Of a stretch of DNA of 64,000 nt, positions 27,747 to 35,618 are shown in pieces. The notes under the pieces are model-generated. The model had not been told where the DNA came from. It made no database searches and saw only the letters and a list, made by a program, of their open reading frames with translations. Positions within the stretch are counted from its first letter, which is position 1, and each line of letters begins with the position of its first letter. Position numbers and translations under genes: made by a program. The stretch lies in IMG/VR virus record IMGVR_UViG_3300009034_000011. One strand, written 5' to 3'. The stretch is from a virus.

Positions 27747-27821
27747 TTTGGCTGTCCTGGTCGGCTTCGAACCGACAACCCCCTGATTAACAGTCAGGTG
27801 CGCTACCAGTTGCGCCACAGG
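27747..27821 (-). tRNA. tRNA-Asn (anticodon GUU), embedded in the Y-RNA array
   Basis: Acceptor UGUCCUG/CAGGACA, D GCGC/GCGC, anticodon stem CCUGA/UCAGG, loop CUGUUAA, T-arm GUCGG-UUCGAAG-CCGAC, G73, CCA. Confidence 0.75.
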
Positions 27822-28084
27822 ACAACAAGTGTGGGTTGATAGTAAATAAAAGATATGTATAAGACAATATCTCCCGCCTATCAACCCACTCCGGGCAAAT
27901 GGCAGATGAGGTCGAGCATGCACACAATGTACATTAAGCTCTACGATTATTACAGTCCGTCGACCGGTGCTTTTTTGACGGTCCACGCGACCGATGTATT
28001 TATCGTTTATACTCGGTCCACATGACCGAGTACGTTTATCTAGGTCCGCCGACCGTGGTTTCATCGTATGGTAATCCTCATCTA

Positions 28085-28240
28085 ACGGCCCGAATAAGAT
28101 GAATGAACGGACAAGGTGCGGAGTGGACCTTTTTATTGAGCTACCACCCCAAGAACATCGAGGTAGGCTGGACACGAACCAGCAACACTCAGCTTGATAA
28201 GCTGATGCTCTATCCGATAACCCACATCCTACGGTCCGTT
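28085..28240 (-). ncRNA. Y RNA-like unit 8 with permuted tRNA-like module
   Basis: 5' CGGACCGUAGGAUGUGGGUUAUC, T-arm GCUGG-UUCGUGU-CCAGC, acceptor-like hairpin CUACC..GGUAG, 3' strand ..CCUUGUCCG. Confidence 0.45.
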
Positions 28241-28244
28241 CAAG

Positions 28245-28385
28245 AAGATATGAATGGGCAAAAGGTGTCAGTGGATGTGTTCGCGCTGAGCCATTCAGCT
28301 TCGGACGCCATAATGACGCCCGACGGGATTCGAACCCGCAACCTCGCCTCCCTAAGAAGATAACCCACAAGACATCGGCCCATTC
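28245..28385 (-). ncRNA. Y RNA-like unit 7 with permuted tRNA-like module
   Basis: 5' UGGGCCGAUGUCUUGUGGGUUAUC, T-arm GCGGG-UUCGAAU-CCCGU, loop-closed acceptor mimic CGGGCGUC-AUUAU-GGCGUCCG, 3' strand CCACUGACACC..GCCCA. Confidence 0.55.
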
Positions 28386-28394
28386 ATGATTAAA

Positions 28395-28522
28395 TGAATG
28401 GACAAAAGGTTGCACGAAGATGTTTGACGCTCTAACCAGTTGAGCTACTACCTTTCGGTAGGGAAGGACTTGAACCTTCCATCGCCTCATTGGAAGTGAG
28501 ATAACCTTCACGCGTCCGGTCC
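28395..28522 (-). ncRNA. Y RNA-like unit 6 with permuted tRNA-like module
   Basis: 5' UGGACCGGACGCGUGAAGGUUAUC, T-arm GGAAGG-UUCAAGU-CCUUCC, acceptor mimic CUACC-GAAA-GGUAG, D-arm GCUC-AACUGGUUA-GAGC, 3' strand CUUCGUG..UGUCCA. Flanked by the CCAUUCAU-GAUUAA-AUGAAUGG inter-unit hairpin. Confidence 0.6.
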
Positions 28523-28534
28523 ATTCATGCTTAT

Positions 28535-28672
28535 CACGATTAAATGAATGGACAAAAGTGTACAAGGAGTTTTTTACGCGCTCTGGCCGCTGAGCTACCC
28601 AGGCATTCGGAGCCTGGGGTCGGGAATCGAACCCGACGACCTCGCCATTAACATTGGATAACCCTCGTACGT
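28535..28672 (-). ncRNA. Y RNA-like unit 5 with permuted tRNA-like module
   Basis: 5' UGGACCGACGUACGAGGGUUAUC, T-arm GUCGGG-UUCGAUU-CCCGAC, acceptor mimic CCCAGGC-UCCGAAU-GCCUGGG, D-arm GCUC-AGCGGCCA-GAGC, 3' strand CCUUGUAC..UGUCCA. Confidence 0.6.
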
Positions 28673-28674
28673 CG

Positions 28675-28769
28675 GTCCATTCATACTTGTTGTCAACTAA
28701 CAGACGGGCAGGTGGTGTGCGAGGTGCACACGTTTTGGTCTGTCGACCAATGTAATGATAACCCTCGCA
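28675..28769 (-). ncRNA. Y RNA-like unit 4 (mini Y, no tRNA-like module)
   Basis: 5' UGGGCCGGAGUGCGAGGGUUAUC pairs with 3' CCUCGCACACCACCUGCCCG. Internal hairpin GGUC-GACA-GACC. Confidence 0.5.
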
Positions 28770-28774
28770 CTCCG

Positions 28775-28963
28775 GCCCATTAGAGATAGCGACCCCGCTG
28801 CAGGTACTATCCCTATATTTGGGGTGGACAAAGAATGCTAATGGAGTTGACTCCCCTTTGGGGAGCTGCCTAACCACTAGGCTATCCGGGCGCGCGACCC
28901 GAGACTCTCGTCCCGGGCCTGAGCCCGGAATAAGATTCGAACTTATGTGATAACCCATCAACT
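28775..28963 (-). ncRNA. Y RNA-like unit 3 (long form with tRNA-like elements)
   Basis: 5' UGGACCGGAGUUGAUGGGUUAUC, weak T-arm AUAAG-UUCGAAU-CUUAU, CCGGGC-UCAG-GCCCGG hairpin, D-arm GCCU-AGUGGUUA-GGC, CUCCCC-AAA-GGGGAG hairpin, 3' strand ..UUGUCCACC. Confidence 0.45.
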
Positions 28964-28965
28964 CC

Positions 28966-29047
28966 GGTCCACCGCCATATTCGAAACGAGCAGGCAAAGA
29001 AGGCGATAATGGGAAGTCAAATGGTAGATAACCCACTATCTCCGGCC
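28966..29047 (-). ncRNA. Y RNA-like unit 2 (mini Y)
   Basis: 5' UGGGCCGGAGAUAGUGGGUUAUC with 3' partner CCCAUUAUCGCC. Confidence 0.5.
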
Positions 29048-29049
29048 CA

Positions 29050-29147
29050 CCCGATAATTGTCGGGGAGGACTTAATGGGCGAGGGTCGAGTGAGGGAACG
29101 TCAATTTCCTGGTTGATAACCCTCACTCTCCGGCCCATCTAATCTCT
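29050..29147 (-). ncRNA. Y RNA-like unit 1 (mini Y), first unit of the array
   Basis: 5' UGGGCCGGAGAGUGAGGGUUAUC, a 23-nt loop, then CCCUCACUCGACCCUCGCCC forming a long bulged helix. Confidence 0.55.
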
Positions 29148-29149
29148 CC

Positions 29150-29260
29150 CTTCACGATCTGCAAATGAAACATCTTCTAATCTTATCTTATTATATGGGA
29201 GAAGCCTTTTTCTCTCCCAACTTTTTTTTGCCAGCTCTCCTTTTCATTATAACACAGCCC
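29150..29260 (-). promoter_or_regulatory. Candidate sigma70-like promoter region for the Y-RNA array (two TATAAT -10 boxes on the minus strand)
   Basis: Minus-strand sequences CCCAUAUAAUAAG and GUGUUAUAAUGAAAAGG lie 40-110 nt upstream of the first Y unit in an AT-rich spacer after the upstream CDS stop. Confidence 0.3.
29197..29230 (+). terminator. Intrinsic terminator-like hairpin plus U8 tract, plus-strand orientation
   Basis: UGGGAGAAGCCUUUUUCUCUCCCA hairpin (GGGAGA/UCUCCC stem) followed by ACUUUUUUUU. On the minus strand the hairpin is followed by AUAUAAU rather than a U tract. Confidence 0.4.
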
Positions 29261-29759
29261 TAGACGCTCGTACATAACCTTCCAAAAAGCCTTGCTTAGC
29301 TTCTATCTCTCCAATCTGAGTAATTCTCCTATGATACCTCTCTTCCTGTACAAATAATGTCTCCAACCAGGCCTGTACAATCTCTATCGCTAAGCGAGGT
29401 GCTGTAATTCCACCACCCAGGCAAAGAATGTTCGAGTCCTCCCGAGACCGGGTAACCACAGCCATACTCTTAGTGTAACAAGCAGCAGCTCGAATACCTT
29501 TCACCTTATTAGCTGCCATTGACATACCTATGCCGGTTTCACCTATCAAAATACCAATAGATTCATTACGTACATCAGCTACCATATGTGCGACTTCCTC
29601 GGCTACTCTCGGATAATCAACGTCAGCTTTAGGTTTCTCTTCACTGATATCTCTAACTCGGCTAAACCCTAGTTGATACAGACCTACTAGAAAACTGTAA
29701 ATCTCTCGTTTTAGTTCCCAACCAGCATAATCAGCACCAATTACAACTTTCTTATCCAT
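29247..29759 (-). CDS. rpiB: ribose-5-phosphate isomerase B / LacAB-family sugar-phosphate isomerase
   Basis: VVIGADYAGWELK ... GILIGETGIGMSMAANKVKGIRAA ... ILCLGGGI aligns with RpiB signature blocks. Confidence 0.6.
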   Translation of the reverse strand: MDKKVVIGADYAGWELKREIYSFLVGLYQLGFSRVRDISEEKPKADVDYPRVAEEVAHMVADVRNESIGILIGETGIGMSMAANKVKGIRAAACYTKSMAVVTRSREDSNILCLGGGITAPRLAIEIVQAWLETLFVQEERYHRRITQIGEIEAKQGFLEGYVRASRAVL

Positions 29760-30177
29760 TTGTGCCTATACCCCACTTTCGCTGTAACTCCTCTATATGC
29801 TCGCGTACCGCATCGGGCACCGTACATCCACATTCATCAGGGGACATAAATTGAGATTTAAGCTCTTCCCAACGCTCATTGTCAACAAGTGGCAGCCATA
29901 CCCTTCTATCGGGAGGATAGAAAAGTTCGCTGTTCTGGAGGAGGATACAGGTCTGAGGCCCCTTACATGTACTCGGCTCACGGGCCCAAATTGGATAAAT
30001 ACCCCTCGACCCACAACACTGGGTCTCATGTTCCCAAGCAACAAGATGAGGGACACTTTCAGCGTTGTCTAGTGTAACAGCAAGATCAAGGCGACAGCTC
30101 ACATTTGCCTCCGCTTTTGTTTTTCTTGCGTCTAACCCCATTGCCTTTTCAAGCTCCCATGTTGTACACTCCCACAA
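29752..30177 (-). CDS. hypothetical protein
   Basis: 141-aa ORF. Confidence 0.35.
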   Translation of the reverse strand: MWECTTWELEKAMGLDARKTKAEANVSCRLDLAVTLDNAESVPHLVAWEHETQCCGSRGIYPIWAREPSTCKGPQTCILLQNSELFYPPDRRVWLPLVDNERWEELKSQFMSPDECGCTVPDAVREHIEELQRKWGIGTNG

Positions 30178-30383
30178 CCAGTATAACCATTATCTTCTCC
30201 TATATCCCAGTCGTCGTCGACAGCAGCGAGTATGCACTCCGCTTCCAACTCGTTACAAATTCCCAATATCAGTTCGAAGTCCAGATCAGTCTCCGAGAAC
30301 ATCTCCCAGTAGTCCCAGGTATCTTTACGATCAAAGAGAGCTAATATCTGTTGTCTTGCCTCTGACCTAGTCACATCATCCTC

Positions 30384-30917
30384 CTAGTCTGGTTTATCAT
30401 TATCCACAGGCTGTCCCGACATATCCAGAATCTTAGCTGATTCCTGGAGCGTAGGCATAACTAGTTGGCTCTCAGTAGTTGCCATTATCAACGTTCCTAC
30501 AAGTGGATGATCAGACTTAACTGGGATTATACATGAAACCAATCCGGTTGGTATATAACATCTACCCTCCTGCTCAGAGGATATTACAGCTAACCCCACC
30601 AAATTAACTGGTAGTGGCTTACTTGGATCAGGCTTTCGCGCCCTATCTATTTGCACTAGGGCAACTTTATCTAAAGCATACATAGGTTGAGATAAGTCGA
30701 TGTTAAAGGCTACCTGATCGGGATCTAGTTTAGCATATATAAATGGCAGTAGATCCATCTTTTGACCGATAACTATCTCCCCAAATACCTCAACTATAGC
30801 CGGAATCATCAACTTAAACCAACCTCTACGTTCCTCACCCTCAGGTATTATTACTTCTCCACCACTCATTCCTTTTCCCCCTGTAAGCTTACTAACTTCA
30901 CAGTCGTGTTTCTTCAA
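30384..30917 (-). CDS. hypothetical protein
   Basis: 177-aa ORF. Confidence 0.4.
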   Translation of the reverse strand: MKKHDCEVSKLTGGKGMSGGEVIIPEGEERRGWFKLMIPAIVEVFGEIVIGQKMDLLPFIYAKLDPDQVAFNIDLSQPMYALDKVALVQIDRARKPDPSKPLPVNLVGLAVISSEQEGRCYIPTGLVSCIIPVKSDHPLVGTLIMATTESQLVMPTLQESAKILDMSGQPVDNDKPD

Positions 30918-31554
30918 CAGAACTTATGCCACCCTCCTGAGTGACCTCAAAGAGTCTATCCGCGGACCTTGCAATTTGTTCATTATGTGTGACCATAATG
31001 AGCTGCCTGCCGGTCTCCTTACAATACTGCAGTATAAACTCTAGAGCGCTTCGGAGATTAGTCTCATCCACAGATCTTAGAGGTTCATCAAGAATCAAAG
31101 GTCCTTTAAGCTCAAAAACCTCCAAGCACACCAACCTCAAACAGATACCTATTACTTCATAAATAGAACCGCCTAATGCTTCTTTCGGATCAACTTTGTG
31201 CCCATCTACTATTACAAAAAAGGAGGCCACTGGTAAATTTGCCTTGACATCCAACTCTACTACAAACTCCAAATCACTTGTTTGAAATATATATTGCAAT
31301 GCACGGGTGGCGAGATCTGCAAATCTCTCGGAGAGCTTTACTCGCAATAACGTAGATGTCTTCTGATAGAGTTCTCTAGCTGTAGTTAAAAATTCAGCCT
31401 CTACACTAGCTTCCTGGGCTCGTTGTACATGTGCCGCAAGAGTATTTTCCAGTTCAAACTTCCTGCCTAGCAACCAGTCTATCTCTTTCTCCGCACGACT
31501 AAGTCTTTGTCTCAACTCCGATAGCACCAAAAATTTCGCCTCGTTTCTCTTCAA
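30898..31554 (-). CDS. Rad50/SbcC-like ATPase, C-terminal half (signature, Walker B, D-loop, H-loop)
   Basis: LILDEPLRSVD Walker B/D-loop and VTHNEQ H-loop. Preceded by a coiled-coil ORF (31499..31783) in another frame. Confidence 0.55.
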   Translation of the reverse strand: MKRNEAKFLVLSELRQRLSRAEKEIDWLLGRKFELENTLAAHVQRAQEASVEAEFLTTARELYQKTSTLLRVKLSERFADLATRALQYIFQTSDLEFVVELDVKANLPVASFFVIVDGHKVDPKEALGGSIYEVIGICLRLVCLEVFELKGPLILDEPLRSVDETNLRSALEFILQYCKETGRQLIMVTHNEQIARSADRLFEVTQEGGISSVEETRL

Positions 31555-31783
31555 TCCTTGTTAAACTACTATCGATGACATCTAACAGGGTCGTAAACTC
31601 CTGCCGTTTTTGCTGGATAACTTCCCCCACCGACTCTGGATCTACACCACGCTCTTTACATACCGCGATAATTTTATCACGTTGCTCTCTGAGAGTCTGT
31701 AACTGACCCTCTTCCCGAGCTAACTGACTCTTCAACCGTGCAGCGTGTTTAGCTAACTCAGATAATTGTCGGTCTAATTCCAT
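31499..31783 (-). CDS. coiled-coil segment, probable N-terminal part of the Rad50 C-terminal half (frame offset relative to 30898..31554)
   Basis: 94-aa heptad-repeat ORF overlapping the ATPase ORF by 56 nt. Confidence 0.35.
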   Translation of the reverse strand: MELDRQLSELAKHAARLKSQLAREEGQLQTLREQRDKIIAVCKERGVDPESVGEVIQQKRQEFTTLLDVIDSSLTRIEEKRGEIFGAIGVETKT

Positions 31784-31786
31784 TTT

Positions 31787-32656
31787 CTACCCTTTCTGTC
31801 TCTCTAAAAACTCTAACGCAAATCGCAACTTTTCATCGGGAACCTCAGTATCCTTAGCGACTTGTCGTAGCAACGCTCGGATATCGACATCTGCTATAGA
31901 ATCGATAGCCCACCCGTGAGCAATCTCGGCAAAATCAACTTGCTGAGAAATCACGGAAGGTGCGAGCACCTCTTCTCCAGGTTTTGCAGAAACTAACTCT
32001 CGCCACGTTACTTCAAATCTATCAGAAATAATAGCAACTCTGGGTCGCCGCATAAACTCACTAGCCTTAGCTGATGTCCGAACTACAGAGCCGGGACATA
32101 TAAATGCAGACTCATTAGCGGTAGTAAGTTCATAACCATCATGATAGTGCCCAACCAAAACAACTTTCGCGGAGGTCTTATAATTCCGCAATAAAACGTA
32201 ATCACCAAAATCCTCAACAGGAAGAACCGAACCATGTACCATTTCAATATCAAGAACTTTTGAACCAGCTATACCAACAGCTACAGTACCCACTCGGGTT
32301 GCCTTATGCGTGACTTCGCAAAGCAACTCAAACCGAGGACATATGCGATCGAAAAACCCAATTGCTGTACGGTACAATGCATCGAGGTTATTACCAAATA
32401 GGTCGTGTGAGCCAGGTATGGTAATAAACCTCCTGTTTAACCGTTCCAGAAAAGTTTGAAATCTAATAAGAACCGAATAGGCAGGCGCAGGTTTATGAAA
32501 AACATCACCAGCACATAAAACGGCAGCGACATTATAATCACTAGCAATATGTGCTATCTCTTCTAACTTTTTATCTACATCGGCAATATAATTACCCACT
32601 CGCCCCGCTGGCCTGCTCGCTCCCAGATGTAGATCCGCTAACGCTAGTAGATTCAT
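31787..32656 (-). CDS. Mre11/SbcD-family nuclease (calcineurin-like phosphoesterase)
   Basis: LALADLHLG, CAGDVFH, GSHDLFGNN, GHYHDG phosphoesterase motifs I-V. Confidence 0.65.
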   Translation of the reverse strand: MNLLALADLHLGASRPAGRVGNYIADVDKKLEEIAHIASDYNVAAVLCAGDVFHKPAPAYSVLIRFQTFLERLNRRFITIPGSHDLFGNNLDALYRTAIGFFDRICPRFELLCEVTHKATRVGTVAVGIAGSKVLDIEMVHGSVLPVEDFGDYVLLRNYKTSAKVVLVGHYHDGYELTTANESAFICPGSVVRTSAKASEFMRRPRVAIISDRFEVTWRELVSAKPGEEVLAPSVISQQVDFAEIAHGWAIDSIADVDIRALLRQVAKDTEVPDEKLRFALEFLERQKG

Positions 32657-32859
32657 CTATATCCTCAGCTCCTAGATCACACTCAGTTAAAAATGCTATC
32701 CGTAACTGATTATTCTTTAGTGGACTAAACACGGTCACGAATGTATTTCCCAACATATAAGGATCTTGTATCCTAACAAGAGGAGGCCTAGGATCTAATA
32801 TTTCCATATACTCTACAGGTATCCAGATATCAGTTATCTCACCTAACTGTGCTTCCCAT

Positions 32860-34041
32860 TCAGCTTTTACTGCCTCCAACTTCCGCTTCAACTTTTCCGC
32901 TGTCATCACCCAATAACTCCTCTAAAATCACAGCTAAACTGTGCTCGTCAACAGGTCTAAGACATAACGGGCATTTTTGCGCTGCTAACAATAACTTCCT
33001 ATAGTCTGCAACTACCGCATCTAATACGTTTTGTAGTTCCTGCCGATGCTCAGAAATAGTAGTGATACGCTCAGTGACACCACTCAGGGATGTATGAACC
33101 TCTAGCAAACTTTGTAACTCCACTAGCATCTGCTGCGCCTTTTCCAACTGCGTCTCAGGTGTAGTACGAAGTAAAGCGGTTACACTCTCCAACTGGGAGA
33201 TAGAACCAACGACCTCCACAGTAGCTTGCCGAAGCTGTACAAGTTCCGAGAGCTCGGTATCAAGACGCCTAGCCCTATTTAATAGTTGCTCGATCTGCGA
33301 AATATCAACCTCAGTTGCCTTGGTAAGACGACCTATAGCACATTCGCACTCTTGAAGCTCCGCATCAAGACCTACCAACTCAGCTAGCTCGTCTTCCATT
33401 ACTTCCGCTCTGGAAAGCTTCTCCCCACAGGACACAAGCGCCTCTTCCACCCCAACCAGAGGCTCGAACTCAGACAGCGCTTGCTTAGTGATTTCAATCT
33501 GAGATTCCAAAACTTGCCCTTCAGAACTAAGTTTACGAAGGTAGGCATTAGTAACATGTATCGATTTATCCAGAAGTAGAAGATCTGCAAGCACTCGCTC
33601 ACCTAGTCTAGAAAAGATCTTACCCTTAGTTGCATCCGTTTCAGAGACAAAAAAGGGCGCATCATGCGGGTGATCGAAGTTCAACTCATAAATATTCCTA
33701 TCGACCTGTAACGCTGAAAAGCCCAACACATCAATAACCTCATTGGGTATAGACTTTCCAAAACCAGAAAAGACGCTCCCATCGACCTCATAAACATTCT
33801 GCGTCCCTTTTATACGTCTTATCAGATAACCGTCGTATTCAACCTCAATGATTGCGTTTTTAGCATCCCACGTAACGAAACCTGCCCCTTTTGGCTCATT
33901 GTAGAAGATAAGGCGAAGAGCACGAAGGACAGCACTCTTTCCCGTCATATTCCTCCCTATAATAACATTAACACCAGGGACGAAAGATATCTCCGTATCT
34001 GTATGACTCTGGAAGTTTTTGATTCGGATTAGCTTAATCAT
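32860..34041 (-). CDS. Rad50/SbcC-like ATPase, N-terminal half with coiled coil ending at zinc-hook CPLC
   Basis: N-terminal IKNFQSHTDTEISF...GRNMTGKSA Walker A, a long coiled coil, and CPLC hook motif about 25 aa from the C-terminus. Confidence 0.6.
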   Translation of the reverse strand: MIKLIRIKNFQSHTDTEISFVPGVNVIIGRNMTGKSAVLRALRLIFYNEPKGAGFVTWDAKNAIIEVEYDGYLIRRIKGTQNVYEVDGSVFSGFGKSIPNEVIDVLGFSALQVDRNIYELNFDHPHDAPFFVSETDATKGKIFSRLGERVLADLLLLDKSIHVTNAYLRKLSSEGQVLESQIEITKQALSEFEPLVGVEEALVSCGEKLSRAEVMEDELAELVGLDAELQECECAIGRLTKATEVDISQIEQLLNRARRLDTELSELVQLRQATVEVVGSISQLESVTALLRTTPETQLEKAQQMLVELQSLLEVHTSLSGVTERITTISEHRQELQNVLDAVVADYRKLLLAAQKCPLCLRPVDEHSLAVILEELLGDDSGKVEAEVGGSKS

Positions 34042-34949
34042 AACGCGTCTACTTCCCTCTGAAGTCTAGCCTTAGAAACATCCCTAGCAGATGATAGAAA
34101 CGGCGGATAATAACATGTAAACCCAGCTGCGCCCTTTTGACCGCCACCCTGGCGACCGTTCCACACAAACTTCTCGGCTATCTTAGAAACGTCGAACTTA
34201 GTAGAATAGAGACTGATGCTCCAACAATCGCCCGTATATCGGAAGGAGATCCACATATCAGCATCCGGGATAAACTGTTCGAAATACTCGCTACTCTGCA
34301 GGGTAGAGTTCACCACAAAACACTTGTGCCCGAGAAACTCTGTCCAGAAGCCACCCCTGCGGAAAACCTCCTTGGCTTGCTCGGCAAACGCCCTCTCTAT
34401 GGGTACACCATTCTTCTCGAACTTCTTTGTTGAATCCCAAACCTCATACCACACAGGAGACCCGGGAGACGTATCTTCCGCGAGAAGTCCTCTGTGAAAG
34501 AGTCTACTACGCTTACCATATTTCCAAGCCCATATGTCCCTATCCCCAATAAGCTGTATAAATATGGGAACATAACGCTTCTTCTTACCTTCGAAAAACT
34601 CAGAGCAGTATATGTAGGTAAGAACGCATCCAGCTTTGCTTTCATCTCGGAGACCCTTAATCTCGTTGCCTGCCCAGTGTTCCTCGAACTTGCGAATCGA
34701 CGATCCATGATGATCGATCCAGTAAACATCCTCCGTAATCTGAAGTAGCTTCTCCATATCCTTGACTTCTAGAGAAAAGTCCAGAATGAACACGGGTTCT
34801 GCTTTATCAACCCGATCAAACGGAAACTTTCTATCATAATCTATCTCGATGTACTCAATTGACGTCATCGGGTAAAACGTTTGCATGTAATGTCTGACAA
34901 TAAACCCAGCACAACGACCATCCATATCGTTATGGTGAAAAACCTTCAT
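34038..34949 (-). CDS. DHH-family phosphoesterase (RecJ/NrnA-like)
   Basis: HHNDMDG (motif I) and VYWIDHHGSS (DHH motif). Confidence 0.55.
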   Translation of the reverse strand: MKVFHHNDMDGRCAGFIVRHYMQTFYPMTSIEYIEIDYDRKFPFDRVDKAEPVFILDFSLEVKDMEKLLQITEDVYWIDHHGSSIRKFEEHWAGNEIKGLRDESKAGCVLTYIYCSEFFEGKKKRYVPIFIQLIGDRDIWAWKYGKRSRLFHRGLLAEDTSPGSPVWYEVWDSTKKFEKNGVPIERAFAEQAKEVFRRGGFWTEFLGHKCFVVNSTLQSSEYFEQFIPDADMWISFRYTGDCWSISLYSTKFDVSKIAEKFVWNGRQGGGQKGAAGFTCYYPPFLSSARDVSKARLQREVDAL

Positions 34950-34967
34950 CAGATACCCCTCTCCGCT

Positions 34968-35618
34968 TTAAGTGTGAACCATCTCAAATAACACCTGCTG
35001 CATGCACTTCTTTAACTCTTCACAAGATTCCCGGCGAATGGCACGCTGCAAAGCGGGAACAAACTGAAGATTCTCCATGGAAGCGATACCAAGTAGCGCA
35101 CCATCCCGGACCTGAGCTACAGGATGACGAAGACATTTCTCGAGCAACATAGAACGTGCCCTCCTAGTCCGAGCGTGTTCTATATATCCTACCCAACGAA
35201 GTGCTTCAGATAAAACTTCTGTATTAGCTGTCTCTATAATATTAGCGATTGCATCTATAACTGCATCGTCATAGGTACTAATCATAATCAACAGCTTTCT
35301 GGAAAACCGGCTCTCCATTCCGTCCTCGAAATGTTCTTCCCTACTTGATATAAACAGATCCTCGACTATCTGAAATATTTCGTCCCTAGTAGGGAGCACC
35401 GGTAGGTGATATACTGATTCAGCAGCTTCCTCTGAGGAACAAGCTAGGCGAACCAGCAACTCAAGGTCGCCGTCAGCCAGCTTTACCTCCAGGATCTCGT
35501 TATCTCCCAGGCACTCAGCAATATCCTCAACAACTTTCCGTATCCCGGGAGGTAGATGTTCAAGCTCGTCTCTTAGCATACTGTGCCCTTTTCGCTTTAG
35601 TTGCTTTGTACTCCACAA
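34968..35618 (-). CDS. HEAT-repeat protein (PBS-lyase-type repeats)
   Basis: Several repeats of the form LxxLLxD.d..VRxxAxxaLg. Confidence 0.45.
   Translation of the reverse strand: MWSTKQLKRKGHSMLRDELEHLPPGIRKVVEDIAECLGDNEILEVKLADGDLELLVRLACSSEEAAESVYHLPVLPTRDEIFQIVEDLFISSREEHFEDGMESRFSRKLLIMISTYDDAVIDAIANIIETANTEVLSEALRWVGYIEHARTRRARSMLLEKCLRHPVAQVRDGALLGIASMENLQFVPALQRAIRRESCEELKKCMQQVLFEMVHT

Noticed and set aside
27435-29138. 567-aa minus-strand ORF from the six-frame track
   Set aside because: It runs straight through a tRNA gene and the Y-RNA units. Its composition is driven by GC-rich structured RNA. It has no domain-like features.
26985-29147. CRISPR array
   Set aside because: The recurring about 23-nt motif (GATAACCCnCnnnnTCCGGCCCA on the plus strand) is degenerate. 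Spacing is irregular (80-190 nt). Each unit folds into a long bulged helix with the motif and its complement at the two ends. The motif matches the Y-RNA Ro60-binding helix. No cas genes are present.
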